The notes beneath the pieces are model-generated. The model did no database searches. It was not told the DNA's origin and was given only the letters and a program-made list of their open reading frames with translations. A stretch of DNA of 64,000 bases from a virus, in the IMG/VR virus record IMGVR_UViG_3300047558_000238, positions 32,001-96,000 of that record; one strand, written 5' to 3'. The position numbers and the translations under genes are program-made. Numbering within the stretch: position 1 is the stretch's first letter; every line of letters starts with the position of its first letter. This document shows, piece by piece, positions 29,201 to 38,289 of this stretch.

Positions 29201-30623
29201 GACCAGTTACACCCTGAATTCCTTGGAATCCAGCCACGCCCTGAGGCCCCTGAGGGCCAGTAGGTCCAGTTGGTCCCTGTAAGTTTCCATTAGCTTCCCA
29301 GGCTAGGTTGTCCTGAGACCAGATGTAGATTGTACCGTTTACAACGTGCACGTCTCCGACGTTACCAATTGGGTGATCAGTGACAAGCTCTTGGTACGTA
29401 GCATAGGAGTCTAGAATAGTTAGGCTTTGACCCATTGGCCCTGTTGCACCAGTTGGTCCAGTTATACCTTGTACACCTGCGGCACCAGTTGCACCTGTAG
29501 GGCCTGTAGGGCCTTGAATACCCTGTAAACCAGTAAGACCCTGAGCTCCCTGGGCACCAGTTGCACCAGTTGCACCAGTTGCACCAGTAGCTCCAGTTGC
29601 ACCGGTTGGTCCAGCTGGACCCTGCGTACCTTGAGCACCAGTTGGGCCAGTAACACCTGCTGGTCCTTGAAGACCGCTTGCTCCAGTAGGGCCAGTTGGC
29701 CCTACGGAACCAGTTGCACCAGTGGCACCAGTTGCACCCTGAGTTCCAGTAAGACCCTGAGGGCCAGTTGCACCGGTAGCTCCAGTAGCACCTGTTGGCC
29801 CCTGGATACCCTGTGTACCAGTAGGGCCTGTTGCTCCGATGGGACCCGTTGCTCCAGTAGGGCCTTGAATGCCCTGTGCACCCTGAGCTCCAGTCGGTCC
29901 GGTTGCTCCAGTAAGACCTGCTGAACCAGTAGCACCTGTTGCACCAGTTGGTCCAGTAGCTCCAGCAGACCCTGCAATACCCTGAGGACCAGTAGCTCCA
30001 GTCGGACCAGTCGACCCGGTTAGTCCTTGAATACCTTGAGGACCAGTTGCACCTGTTGCTCCTGTTGCACCAGTTGGACCAGTTACACCCTGAATTCCTT
30101 GCTCGCCCTGAGGACCAGTAGCACCAGTTGCACCCTGAGTTCCAGTAAGACCCTGAGGGCCTGTAGCACCAGTAGGACCCTGAGGGCCAGTAGAACCAGT
30201 AGCTCCGGTTGGCCCTGCTTGCCCTTGAATACCTTGAATACCCTGCGCACCAGTAGGACCAGTTGCCCCTTGAGCTCCTGTTGCGCCAGTAGCTCCAGTA
30301 GCGCCCGTTGCACCAGTTGCACCAGCTGCACCAGTTGCACCTGGTGTTCCTTGAATACCAGTTAGACCCTGTGGTCCAGTTGGGCCCTGGATACCTTGAG
30401 GACCAGTTGCGCCAGTAGGGCCTGGAATAGTACTAGCTGCACCAGTAGCACCAGTTGCACCAGTTGCACCAGTTGCACCAGTTGCACCAGTAGGACCAGT
30501 AGATCCTGGAGCGCCTGTAGGGCCAGTTGGCCCTCCCGCAGGGCCAGCAGGGCCAGTAGGTCCAGCAGGGCCTTGAGCCCCTACGCCCTTAACTTCTAGA
30601 TACGCAAAGTCATCTGAAAACAT
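26292..30623 (-). CDS. Large collagen-like fibre protein (1443 aa)
   Basis: Long Gly-X-Y tracts ([12 protein letters not shown]) interrupted by globular domains. Confidence 0.9.
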   Translation of the reverse strand: MFSDDFAYLEVKGVGAQGPAGPTGPAGPAGGPTGPTGAPGSTGPTGATGATGATGATGATGAASTIPGPTGATGPQGIQGPTGPQGLTGIQGTPGATGAAGATGATGATGATGATGAQGATGPTGAQGIQGIQGQAGPTGATGSTGPQGPTGATGPQGLTGTQGATGATGPQGEQGIQGVTGPTGATGATGATGPQGIQGLTGSTGPTGATGPQGIAGSAGATGPTGATGATGSAGLTGATGPTGAQGAQGIQGPTGATGPIGATGPTGTQGIQGPTGATGATGATGPQGLTGTQGATGATGATGSVGPTGPTGASGLQGPAGVTGPTGAQGTQGPAGPTGATGATGATGATGATGAQGAQGLTGLQGIQGPTGPTGATGAAGVQGITGPTGATGPMGQSLTILDSYATYQELVTDHPIGNVGDVHVVNGTIYIWSQDNLAWEANGNLQGPTGPTGPQGPQGVAGFQGIQGVTGPTGATGAQGPTGPTGAPSMVTGPTGATGAQGVQGPTGATGPQGIQGIAGPTGATGAQGPQGLTGTQGVTGPTGATGAQGVQGNIGPTGATGAQGPTGPTGAQGQGIQIIDAHNTYAELIAAHPTGTPGDASIAGGVLYIWSETTLSWVDSGTLAGPTGATGPTGAQGIAGIQGVPGIQGVDGPTGPTGSVGPVGPTGPTGAQGVEGPTGPTGATGPQGADGYIGADGATGPTGPTGATGPTGAASTVAGPTGPTGATGATGPMPSGAVTEITSISGLDKLGFDTTYVNGVSNPGELAWNEADGTLNLRLGGNNVTLQVGQEFVMKVYNATGSTITNGSVVALSGANGTRPEVILADASTELQSTATVGIATEDIAVAGEGYVTLNGLVRDIDTSNYVGFGGIVSNYSEGAVLWLSETAGTMTTQRPEAPAHGVMVGVLVRKSATTGSIYVKVANGLELDELHDVNLSTLVDGDVLRYNSATGVWTNSQVVGPTGPTGATGPTGPQGGAAGRTFYLNRTDTSDLTGYFIAGESPSVNALTSYTIQLSLADTPYLIGAFATPVGVPGVTNIPTGIGVNSLHMLVDSGSVKFRTEVYKCGPSGGSETLLSTVDSELHSNTTIEEISYQYVRSVAASIDLTDRLVFKYYAIRPTGYGNSNSTTTIYFEDGKASNVRTTISAGAIGPTGPTGPTGATGVQGATGPTGPTGAAGIDGLDGPTGPTGADGKFYVSDVAPTSPSVGDVWVDTATGTLLTYIDGFWAEAVAGDMGPTGPTGATGATGAQGVQGLTGATGDTGPAGPQGVQGIQGPIGPTGATGPAPDTSTYVTIPGTQTLSNKTLISPVLTSQTKEGVYATATGFAGGAFKLVDGAVQFYTVAAAGNGIVNFYYDGATSLDAFMSVNQSVTCALLITNGTTPYYPTSYQIDGTAVTPKWVGGTAPSSGNASSIDMYTYTIIKTATNTFTVLASQAKFA

Positions 30624-30982
30624 TAGTAAGTAATCTCCGCTCTAACGGTAAACTTTCCAGCAATAAATTTAGTAACGTCTCCGTCAGGGCTTTCAAGTTC
30701 TATATCATATGTGTAGATGCCAGCTGCTAGTGCCTCAGTTTGAGCTGGAGTAAGTAGAACTTCAACTTTTCCGGTGAGCGGCTCTATCACTAGACTTCTA
30801 GTTCCAGTAACTAGTGAGAGCGCAATCTCGGAGCTATTGGCTGAAGTTCTTATCTGCATTCGACCGGAGTACCCAGTCAAGTTGATAGGAGTCTTAGTAG
30901 ATGTCTTAAGAATTAAGACGCGATTCAGTGTAGCACCTTGATCGGCTATTATATCATAGTAATTGTTCGTTGCGCAATACAC
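30623..30982 (-). CDS. Putative fibre anchor/adaptor, paralog of 44428-44787
   Basis: '[11 protein letters not shown]...[14 protein letters not shown]...YTYDIEL...[10 protein letters not shown]'. Confidence 0.65.
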   Translation of the reverse strand: MYCATNNYYDIIADQGATLNRVLILKTSTKTPINLTGYSGRMQIRTSANSSEIALSLVTGTRSLVIEPLTGKVEVLLTPAQTEALAAGIYTYDIELESPDGDVTKFIAGKFTVRAEITY

Positions 30983-31038
30983 GGGAATCCTCTGGAGAAA
31001 AGGCTAGTCCTTTATATTTTACCGCAATAAGTGTTTTC

Positions 31039-31638
31039 CTAGTTGCTTAGCCTTTTAATCCAGAAAGCTGGCGACATGTATTTAACTCCTGAGACTACCG
31101 GAGTCGACCTGTGATAGTAGGGCTCTACAGATGGGAAGACCACAATACTTCCAGCTTCTGGCTTTATTTTTATATCGAACTCAGTGAAATGTAGCTCGCC
31201 GCCGTCCATATCGTCATTTAGGTAGATAACAGCTGACATTATTGGCTCTAAATGCGGCTCCCCGTGGTAGTCAACGTGAGGGCCCATCTCTGCTCCGCTA
31301 ATGTATTTAGAGATACTTATAGGCGCTGGGTCGATATAGTCTATGCCATTCTTTTTGGCATAATCTCTTCCCGCCTCGGTTAAAGCGGTTTTTAGATTTA
31401 GATATATTGACTTGACGCTATCAGAGCTGGTGCTTAGTTTAGATTCATCAGTAAATTTTTGCTGACCAAATACGTAAGGCTCTCCATCGCCAGAAGCCAA
31501 CCATTGATGCCATTTTTGTATAGCATCGTTGGTAGTCAGATTAGCATCTGTTGTCTCGATGAGCTCTATGATCTTTTCTGGGCTCTCTACAATACCCTTG
31601 TAGTAGTAAATTTTGTCAGCAAAAATCTCGGGGTTCAT
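31039..31638 (-). CDS. 2OG-Fe(II) oxygenase (prolyl-hydroxylase-like)
   Basis: HxD 'HVD', 'YLNDDMDGGEL', distal H 'YYH', 'KY'. Confidence 0.9.
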   Translation of the reverse strand: MNPEIFADKIYYYKGIVESPEKIIELIETTDANLTTNDAIQKWHQWLASGDGEPYVFGQQKFTDESKLSTSSDSVKSIYLNLKTALTEAGRDYAKKNGIDYIDPAPISISKYISGAEMGPHVDYHGEPHLEPIMSAVIYLNDDMDGGELHFTEFDIKIKPEAGSIVVFPSVEPYYHRSTPVVSGVKYMSPAFWIKRLSN

Positions 31639-32372
31639 TAGGCGAACTTGTTGCCCTTCTCCCACTCTATTTTCTGCTCGGCCTGTGCCTTACGTACCTC
31701 TTGGATTTCGGCTTCCCAAGCTGCCTTTTTCTCATCAGAGTACACGGCATCGGCAAAGTCCCAGAAGGAGACCATGGTATATCTAGTTCCCTTTAGAATC
31801 TCTTTAACTCCGTGAATGTTTTCTATTCCGCCAGGGAAGCAGATGTACGAGTAGGCAGCTGGCTTAAACTCTAGGTTGTGGTCAGGAAAATAAAGCTCTC
31901 CACCCTCGTAATCGTCATTTAAGTACAAGATACCTACATACTTATTAATCTCAAAAGCGTTTGGCGAGCCGTCGAAGTCCGAGTTATCTGAGTGTGGCGC
32001 TGCAAATCCGCCAACATCCCACTTCTGCGCATGCGAAGTATTGGCTACAACTTCACGATCAAATACCAGCTGAATAGCTTCTTTAAACTTTTCACGAAGA
32101 GTCTCGAAGAAGCGTGGAGGCAAGTCGTAGTCAGCTAGCTTCGGGTCATCAGGGTGAATGCCCATACCGGATGATCCGTAGAAGGCAATATCACCCCACG
32201 AAGAAGAATATGACTCTATGTAGTTGATGATGTTTCTTGCGGTATCTGGAGAGACAAAGTTAGCAATCTCTACGATACGGTTCTGAGGGATACCTAGCTC
32301 CCCGATGGCGTTGGGCTCATCTTTATAGACGATGAACTCTTCTGGCTGTAGGTTTTCAATAATCAATGACAT
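31638..32372 (-). CDS. 2OG-Fe(II) oxygenase
   Basis: 'HSD', 'YLNDDYEGGEL', 'HGV', 'RY'. Confidence 0.9.
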   Translation of the reverse strand: MSLIIENLQPEEFIVYKDEPNAIGELGIPQNRIVEIANFVSPDTARNIINYIESYSSSWGDIAFYGSSGMGIHPDDPKLADYDLPPRFFETLREKFKEAIQLVFDREVVANTSHAQKWDVGGFAAPHSDNSDFDGSPNAFEINKYVGILYLNDDYEGGELYFPDHNLEFKPAAYSYICFPGGIENIHGVKEILKGTRYTMVSFWDFADAVYSDEKKAAWEAEIQEVRKAQAEQKIEWEKGNKFA

Positions 32373-33142
32373 TAGTGGTCTATACCTTTCAAGTTATATC
32401 GTCCAGAATTACGTTCGACGCGCTCGCGCTCTTTTTCCATCTCGCCCCATACCGTGGGGCCGTACTTTTCCAAACCGTCACGCCACTCCTGAGTGCCCTC
32501 CGAGTAGTACTGCCAGAATGAGCGAACAAAATATTTTTGCCCTGAAGTAGTTTTATTTACTCCATGGTAGTAAGGTGCTCTGGACGGGAACACTAGCACA
32601 TCACCGGCCTGAGGCTTATGAATAAAAAAATCTACATCAGTACCTTCTTCATTCAATACTTTGAAGCAGATCTCTCCGCCTTCATAGTTATCGTTTAGGT
32701 ACATAGTGCATGTCATCACTGGCTTATCGCCAGGAGCATCAGCGCGTTCTTGCTGAAAATCAGTGTGATAGAACATGCCAACATTAGTGTCTGCTCCGCC
32801 ATCAGTTTTATACATGCAAATAGCGGGAGCGCTGAATTTCCAGTTAGGAATCTCTTCGTTGAAGTAGTTATCGTGGTAGTGACTGGTGGCCGTATAAAAA
32901 GCTCCCATAATTTCTTGTGCAGCAGGTACTAGACCCTGGCTCGCAACCATGGTCTCATGCCACTCATCAGCATCAGGAAATTTACTAAATGTATGGTTTC
33001 TAGCCTTTACGGTAGTTAGCTCTCCAAAGGTAAACCACTTAGCCCACTCCGCCGAGTCACGGTAATGCTTAGCTACTTCTTCTGGGTTTTGATATAAACC
33101 TCGGTAGACAACAACATTCGGGTAGAGTTCGATAACTTCCAC
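32372..33142 (-). CDS. 2OG-Fe(II) oxygenase
   Basis: 'HTD', 'YLNDNYEGGEI', 'YHGV', 'KY'; GTG overlaps upstream TAG. Confidence 0.9.
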   Translation of the reverse strand: MEVIELYPNVVVYRGLYQNPEEVAKHYRDSAEWAKWFTFGELTTVKARNHTFSKFPDADEWHETMVASQGLVPAAQEIMGAFYTATSHYHDNYFNEEIPNWKFSAPAICMYKTDGGADTNVGMFYHTDFQQERADAPGDKPVMTCTMYLNDNYEGGEICFKVLNEEGTDVDFFIHKPQAGDVLVFPSRAPYYHGVNKTTSGQKYFVRSFWQYYSEGTQEWRDGLEKYGPTVWGEMEKERERVERNSGRYNLKGIDH

Positions 33143-33822
33143 TAGATACCGCACTGGCTTTCGTGAGATAAGATCGTCCAGAAAAACGGAACAGTGTATC
33201 TAGTACCGGAGGTAATCTGAGTTACTCCGTGAATGTACTCCATGTCTCCAGGGAAGAAGTAAGCAGCACCTGCCTTGGGCTTAAACTGAATCCCCTGATT
33301 TGGGAAGTACAGCTCGCCACCTTCGTAATCGTCGTTCAAGTAGAACAGTCCAGCTAGGTCATAGTAGGGGAAGTCATTTGGCTTACCTCTATCTGCACCT
33401 TGGTGTAGCTCTTTATCTGCGTGAGGCATCTGAAGCTGTCCAGGCAGCCAGCGGACTAAAGCTGGTGAAGTAGGTACCGCGTCTACTTTAAAGAACGCGT
33501 CTACTTCCTTCTTAAGCCGATCAACCATACCGCTGATCACTTCTGGAATCTTTGGATCTACTGCTCGTATGGTGTCATAGGTGGCAACTCGATCTTTCCA
33601 GTAGTCAGAGTCGTAAATTACCGTGCCTTCTTCGTTATAGTGAGTCTCGGTTACATCCCAGGCAGTATTTGATCGAATAAATTTATTAAGAGTCTCTAGC
33701 TCGTACTCTGTCATAAAGTTCTCACGGGTCTGAATGTTTGACGGGCTATTGCCAAAAAATCCAGATGGTGTTATAGAGACTCTATTATTTAGTCTAGAGT
33801 TTGCGTAATCTTCTGGTTCCAT
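33142..33822 (-). CDS. 2OG-Fe(II) oxygenase
   Basis: 'HAD', 'YLNDDYEGGEL', 'HGV', 'RY'; TAAGAT-N6-ATG start. Confidence 0.9.
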   Translation of the reverse strand: MEPEDYANSRLNNRVSITPSGFFGNSPSNIQTRENFMTEYELETLNKFIRSNTAWDVTETHYNEEGTVIYDSDYWKDRVATYDTIRAVDPKIPEVISGMVDRLKKEVDAFFKVDAVPTSPALVRWLPGQLQMPHADKELHQGADRGKPNDFPYYDLAGLFYLNDDYEGGELYFPNQGIQFKPKAGAAYFFPGDMEYIHGVTQITSGTRYTVPFFWTILSHESQCGI

Positions 33823-33838
33823 ATTTTTATCTTACTGT

Positions 33839-34570
33839 CTACTCGTAAACTCGTCTGGTCCAAACTTCTTTTTGGTAGACGCCACCGTCAGGTACACGAT
33901 ATTTTTTACTATTTTCATTGTTACTCATCGCCATCTTCATGTACGAGACATCAGCATCTACTTCTGACTCCCAGTCTTCTCGCTTAAATGGAAGCATCTG
34001 GGCATACGGTGTTCCGGCTGGAATAATTCCGGTAAAGCCTTTTACTACAAAGAATGGCATGGTTCCCGGAAGGTTTACCTTGTCATTGTCGATAATTCCA
34101 CTAGTGGTTAGAAACGGTAGCTCAAAGCGATTGAATGGCTGGGTGTATAGGACGCTGTAGCCTTCAGGGACTGATACGGCCCAGTCTGACCACCATGCGA
34201 AGTGGAACTCGTGGTAGCCCATCGGTGCTTTAAACTGAGGCATTGGTGGTCGGTTCTGGATAAAGTCCTTGTTTTGAGGGTCTAGGACCTTAGCTCTAAT
34301 GGTTCCGTTTTCTTCATAAAACTCGATATCGCATGGTGTTCTATAGACGTATCCAGTACCCATGATGTCAAAAACTGCCGGACAAGCTTTCCAGGTAGGG
34401 ATCTTTCCTCCCACCATCGGGTCCTGCCAGTATTCACCATCTGGCTTTATTGCAAACCTATCAGCTTTTCTATACCACTCTGGGATAGTCTTAATAGTTG
34501 GACGCGGGACAGAGGGGCTATCCTCTGTCAGCCATGGCCTGTTCTTGATGAACTTAATCAGTTGTTTCAA
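33839..34570 (-). CDS. DUF6065-like protein
   Basis: 'IPEWY..KACPAVFD..GY..QPFNRFELPF..SGIIDND..PFF..IPAGTPYAQMLPFKR'. Confidence 0.65.
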   Translation of the reverse strand: MKQLIKFIKNRPWLTEDSPSVPRPTIKTIPEWYRKADRFAIKPDGEYWQDPMVGGKIPTWKACPAVFDIMGTGYVYRTPCDIEFYEENGTIRAKVLDPQNKDFIQNRPPMPQFKAPMGYHEFHFAWWSDWAVSVPEGYSVLYTQPFNRFELPFLTTSGIIDNDKVNLPGTMPFFVVKGFTGIIPAGTPYAQMLPFKREDWESEVDADVSYMKMAMSNNENSKKYRVPDGGVYQKEVWTRRVYE

Positions 34571-35288
34571 TTGTCATTCCTGTCACTGGGCATGTTACTG
34601 TCTTTAGTCTTATTGACTTAGTCTCGTGAGAGCCTAACGAAGTACCATCATAGTTTATGGCGTTTCTATACATCTTCGACCAGTCACCCTTAGAGTTTTT
34701 GGCTTGTGCCGCATCTCCATACTTTCTCAGCTCCTCCCAGTACTCGGGTGGTGGTGGGGTGCTGTCTACTTCTAAAGTGAAGTTGTCTTCTAGCTGACCC
34801 AATGAGATTGGCAGAACTGCTGCTACTGGAGTTCCTGCTGGAATAGTAATCTCTTTGTCTGCTTCGGTTATCTTCCAAGCAACTGGTAGCGGTGCATTAT
34901 AGAAAGACGTGCTAATTAGCGTAGTAAAGCATTGAGTACCAGCTATAAACTGATTCGGAACTGGCATAGTTAGCGTTGTAACATCAGCGTCTGTATGGAA
35001 GATTAGTCCAGTATCGAAACTAACTGTTGCACTGCCTCGATTTGGGTTCGCCCACTCTTCACCTTTGAGAATAGTGACATGGTCTCTGGTCGGATCATCG
35101 ATTCCATCCCAGATAAATGAAATATCTTCAGGGAAAGATATACCCCACCCTAGCCGATTAGTTAGCGACACTGGAAAGCACATGTAGCCATGCTTTTCTG
35201 GCAGTCGATCCATCCAGTCTCTGGTCCCTGGTAATGGTTCGATTTTTACACCGTTATCGTAGGCCTTAACTACACGTATAGTTTTCAC
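34554..35288 (-). CDS. DUF6065 family protein
   Basis: 'RDWMD..HGYMCFPVSLTN.LGW.I.FP.D..F.WDG' matches my recollection of the DUF6065 N-terminus. Confidence 0.65.
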   Translation of the reverse strand: MKTIRVVKAYDNGVKIEPLPGTRDWMDRLPEKHGYMCFPVSLTNRLGWGISFPEDISFIWDGIDDPTRDHVTILKGEEWANPNRGSATVSFDTGLIFHTDADVTTLTMPVPNQFIAGTQCFTTLISTSFYNAPLPVAWKITEADKEITIPAGTPVAAVLPISLGQLEDNFTLEVDSTPPPPEYWEELRKYGDAAQAKNSKGDWSKMYRNAINYDGTSLGSHETKSIRLKTVTCPVTGMTIETTD

Positions 35289-36037
35289 TAGCTTCCGGTT
35301 TCTACCATAAATGACGGCTTGTGGAACTTGTCTGAGTAGTCAAGCATAGTTACCATCGAGTACTTAGTACCAGACTTAACTGGCATAGCTCGGTGTGGGT
35401 ACATAAAGTTTGACGGGAAGATATATAAATCGCCTGCAGTAGCCTTGATGGTTGCATTTTGCAGTCTGAAGTGCAGCTCGCCGCCTTCATAGTCATCATT
35501 AGGGAACGCAACTAGGGACACTACGCAGTTGTAGGAGAAGCCGTGATCGTGGTGCTCCTGAAAGTGCTGTCCTGGACCGTACTTAATGAAGTTAGTTGCT
35601 TCCCAGTAGCGGAGCTCGCCAATGTTATACATCTTTGTGTAGTGGCGGACTGCCTGAAGCTGGCGATAGTGAGTCTCGTCCCAGAGGGCAGCAAGCTTTT
35701 CAGCTGCCTCCGACTTATCGCTTTGAATGTCTGTCTTCTTGTACTTAAAATCAAAGCAGTCGCGATACTCTGGCATCTTTACGCCATATCCGACCAATGC
35801 TTCTTCGTAGTGGTATCGATTAGTCGGGTCTAATAGGACCTCTTCTAGTCTGCTAATGACGTTTACTGAAGACGGTATTACATTTCTATACACCCAGATA
35901 CCAGATCCTGGCGCAACCTCTTCTGCGTGGTCCCAGGTTTTTTCTTCAATCTCGTACCACTTAGTTAGGCGTAGATTGTGGTCTTCAATCTCTCGCTCCA
36001 TTGCTTCAGTTGGCTTACTTACGTGAGAGTTTTGCAT
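35288..36037 (-). CDS. 2OG-Fe(II) oxygenase
   Basis: 'HHD', 'NDDYEGGEL', 'FPSNFMYPH', 'KY'. Confidence 0.9.
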   Translation of the reverse strand: MQNSHVSKPTEAMEREIEDHNLRLTKWYEIEEKTWDHAEEVAPGSGIWVYRNVIPSSVNVISRLEEVLLDPTNRYHYEEALVGYGVKMPEYRDCFDFKYKKTDIQSDKSEAAEKLAALWDETHYRQLQAVRHYTKMYNIGELRYWEATNFIKYGPGQHFQEHHDHGFSYNCVVSLVAFPNDDYEGGELHFRLQNATIKATAGDLYIFPSNFMYPHRAMPVKSGTKYSMVTMLDYSDKFHKPSFMVETGS

Positions 36038-36046
36038 TATTACCTC

Positions 36047-36790
36047 TTAGTACTTGAGCTTGTAGTCTTGAATTATTGGAGACACCTTGTGATTAACATC
36101 TCCGCGATCGTTGTAGTCGGTCATAATAACAACCGCATACTTAGTCCCGCTAATCATGTCCTGAGATGCGTGCTCATAGATATATGTTGACGGGAATACG
36201 ACAATATCTCCTGCCTTAGGCTTAATCGAGAGTCCGTCCATACGGGGGAACCAGATCTCACCACCTTCGTAGTCGTCATTTAAGTAGACGACCACGGAGA
36301 TGGTGCAAACATACGTCGGGCCATGGTCAGCGTGGACCTTAAAGTGGGTGCCAGCACCCTCGTACTTTACAAAATTGAATGCCTCATACGATGCAATGCC
36401 AACACCCCAATAGCGACCGTAGTCGTCTACGCATTGGCGCACTGCCTGAAACACTGCCTCGTGAACGTCGTACAGTTCGGCGTTGTCTTCGTTACGTGGC
36501 CCCAGTCCAGTGGAGTTGATCTTAAAGTCTTGAGCATTCCTTGCATTAAGGTCGACATCTGCAGATGATGTGACCTTAGCTCCATGCCATTTATATCTAC
36601 CGCTGCCGTCAAGCTTACGCTCTAACGTATCGATGTATTGCTGCCCCTGCTCTTTGGTGATTGCACCACTATAAACATTGATGCCTAGAGCTGGGTTAGT
36701 TACGGTAATAGCTGGATTAGTTGAAGCCTGGCGACCAGGCATACGGTGAGATGCGGTCTCTGACCTGTCTTTAGTAAACCAATCGTTCAT
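36047..36790 (-). CDS. 2OG-Fe(II) oxygenase
   Basis: 'HAD', 'YLNDDYEGGEI', 'YEH', 'KY'. Confidence 0.9.
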   Translation of the reverse strand: MNDWFTKDRSETASHRMPGRQASTNPAITVTNPALGINVYSGAITKEQGQQYIDTLERKLDGSGRYKWHGAKVTSSADVDLNARNAQDFKINSTGLGPRNEDNAELYDVHEAVFQAVRQCVDDYGRYWGVGIASYEAFNFVKYEGAGTHFKVHADHGPTYVCTISVVVYLNDDYEGGEIWFPRMDGLSIKPKAGDIVVFPSTYIYEHASQDMISGTKYAVVIMTDYNDRGDVNHKVSPIIQDYKLKY

Positions 36791-36808
36791 ATGGTCTACT
36801 ATACACAA

Positions 36809-37411
36809 CTATTCAGATTTTTGCTGAAGTCTTTCTAGGTATTTTGGGCTCATTAAATATGACTCTGACTCTGTTAATAGCCCCTGGTCTTGTAGCTTAT
36901 ATCCGTAGTCTGGACCTTCGGTGAAATACCAATGATCTTCCGGACAAAAATGAAACATAATAACCTCGACCCTGTTGTTATCTGGGTCAGGCATTTCATT
37001 GCGCCAATGAGAATCATAGCCCCCCATAAATGCTAAAGCTTGTCCCTCGGAGAATATAAACTCCTCGCCCTCGACTACTACCCCCCATGGAGTTCTGGCT
37101 GATAGGCAGTAGTCGATTGTATAGGTGCATGCGTTATTGTCCCTATGCGGGGGTAAGCTAGAGGTCGGCTTATTGTAGTCTAGATAGACAGCATAGGTTG
37201 ACTTAAGATTAGGATCAGAAAATATCTCTCTAGCTGTTGGCTCGATAGCCTTACTAAAGTAGTCATCTAGCTGAGTAAATCTTTTAACTCCTCTATCTTT
37301 TTTGGAGTCTTTCCATGACTTCTTAAAGTCGTCAGAGTCTATTAAAGCTCGAAGCTTTTCATGATCTGCTGCAGAGAAAAGATTATCTAGTAGTTTAGGT
37401 TCAAAGTGCAT
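36809..37411 (-). CDS. Divergent 2OG-Fe(II) oxygenase
   Basis: 'L.PHRDNNACTY', 'G....HWR', 'FHF'. Confidence 0.75.
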   Translation of the reverse strand: MHFEPKLLDNLFSAADHEKLRALIDSDDFKKSWKDSKKDRGVKRFTQLDDYFSKAIEPTAREIFSDPNLKSTYAVYLDYNKPTSSLPPHRDNNACTYTIDYCLSARTPWGVVVEGEEFIFSEGQALAFMGGYDSHWRNEMPDPDNNRVEVIMFHFCPEDHWYFTEGPDYGYKLQDQGLLTESESYLMSPKYLERLQQKSE

Positions 37412-37423
37412 TAGAAGCCGCCT

Positions 37424-38227
37424 CTACTTAAGTCTGACGTAGCCAGGAATATGGTCTGTAAAATCCTCTGCAACAATGTTGCACTGACCACATCCGCCAG
37501 GATTGCATTCATAGTTTGACTCGGGTATTCCGGTCAGTCTTGGGCTGTGGCCTATATGTTCGTAGTATCTAATATCGCCATCTAATTTATACTCAGCCAT
37601 TCGACGATATAGCTCTTCATGATCTTTGTCGTCGTAAGCACTTAGGTCGTACATCCAATGCTCTGGGCTAACAAATAAGACGAACATCAATACTACGTAA
37701 GCATCTTCATCAACGTCTGGGTATGGCGGCCTTGCATGGGTCTGCTGTTGCCCCATAAAAAATACACCGCTGTTTACGGCTTCCTCAAATCGCTCGCCAT
37801 CGACTAGTAGGCCCCAGCTATCTATGCCGTGAGTGTCTATGCATATGTCCATAGTGAACTGAGTTCCTGGCTGATCCATGTGCTCCCAGAGATATGGAGT
37901 TATGCCTTTATATTTTTGATATCTAGCAAACCAGATATTTTTGATTCGAAGTCCCTGCTTTTTCCAATTTTTCTTGGCTAAGTCGTCTAGGTGGTCCCAG
38001 ACCTCCTGCGGCAAATCAATCTCGGTCACCCATCTGCCAGTCATGGTGTGGTATTGCGCTGGATTCTCTAGACTCTCGCTGCCTGGCCCCCAGTTGGCTT
38101 TTTCAGCCAGTGCCAAGTTTATCTCCTCGAGCATATCCTCTGGGAATATGCCCTCTACTTTTTTAGCTGGCTCACCTTCTGGCAGGGGCCACTTTATGTT
38201 TGGGCTGGAGTCAGCTGAAATCGGCAC
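37424..38227 (-). CDS. Divergent 2OG-Fe(II) oxygenase, paralog of 36809-37411
   Basis: 'L.EHMD', 'FMGQQQTHAR'; shared 'WG..V.GE.F' and 'P..HW'. Confidence 0.7.
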   Translation of the reverse strand: MPISADSSPNIKWPLPEGEPAKKVEGIFPEDMLEEINLALAEKANWGPGSESLENPAQYHTMTGRWVTEIDLPQEVWDHLDDLAKKNWKKQGLRIKNIWFARYQKYKGITPYLWEHMDQPGTQFTMDICIDTHGIDSWGLLVDGERFEEAVNSGVFFMGQQQTHARPPYPDVDEDAYVVLMFVLFVSPEHWMYDLSAYDDKDHEELYRRMAEYKLDGDIRYYEHIGHSPRLTGIPESNYECNPGGCGQCNIVAEDFTDHIPGYVRLK

Positions 38228-38240
38228 AATCTCTCCTAAA

Positions 38241-38274
38241 AACTAAAACGGGGGTGGCATGTAACCACCCCCGT
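38241..38274 (-). terminator. Intrinsic terminator between the PPFF-repeat gene and the oxygenase cluster
   Basis: Minus strand ACGGGGGTGG-TTACATG-CCACCCCCGT followed by TTTAGTTTTT. Confidence 0.8.
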
Positions 38275-38289
38275 ATCAGTCTACGCTAG

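Noticed and set aside
26704-30599. Many short ORFs overlapping the collagen gene
   Set aside because: Shadow frames caused by the Gly-X-Y repeats
31039-38227. Oxygenases as TET/JBP DNA-base modifiers
   Set aside because: Motifs are P4H-like (YLNDDYEGGEL), the context is structural, and no adjacent methylase is seen. Not fully excluded.
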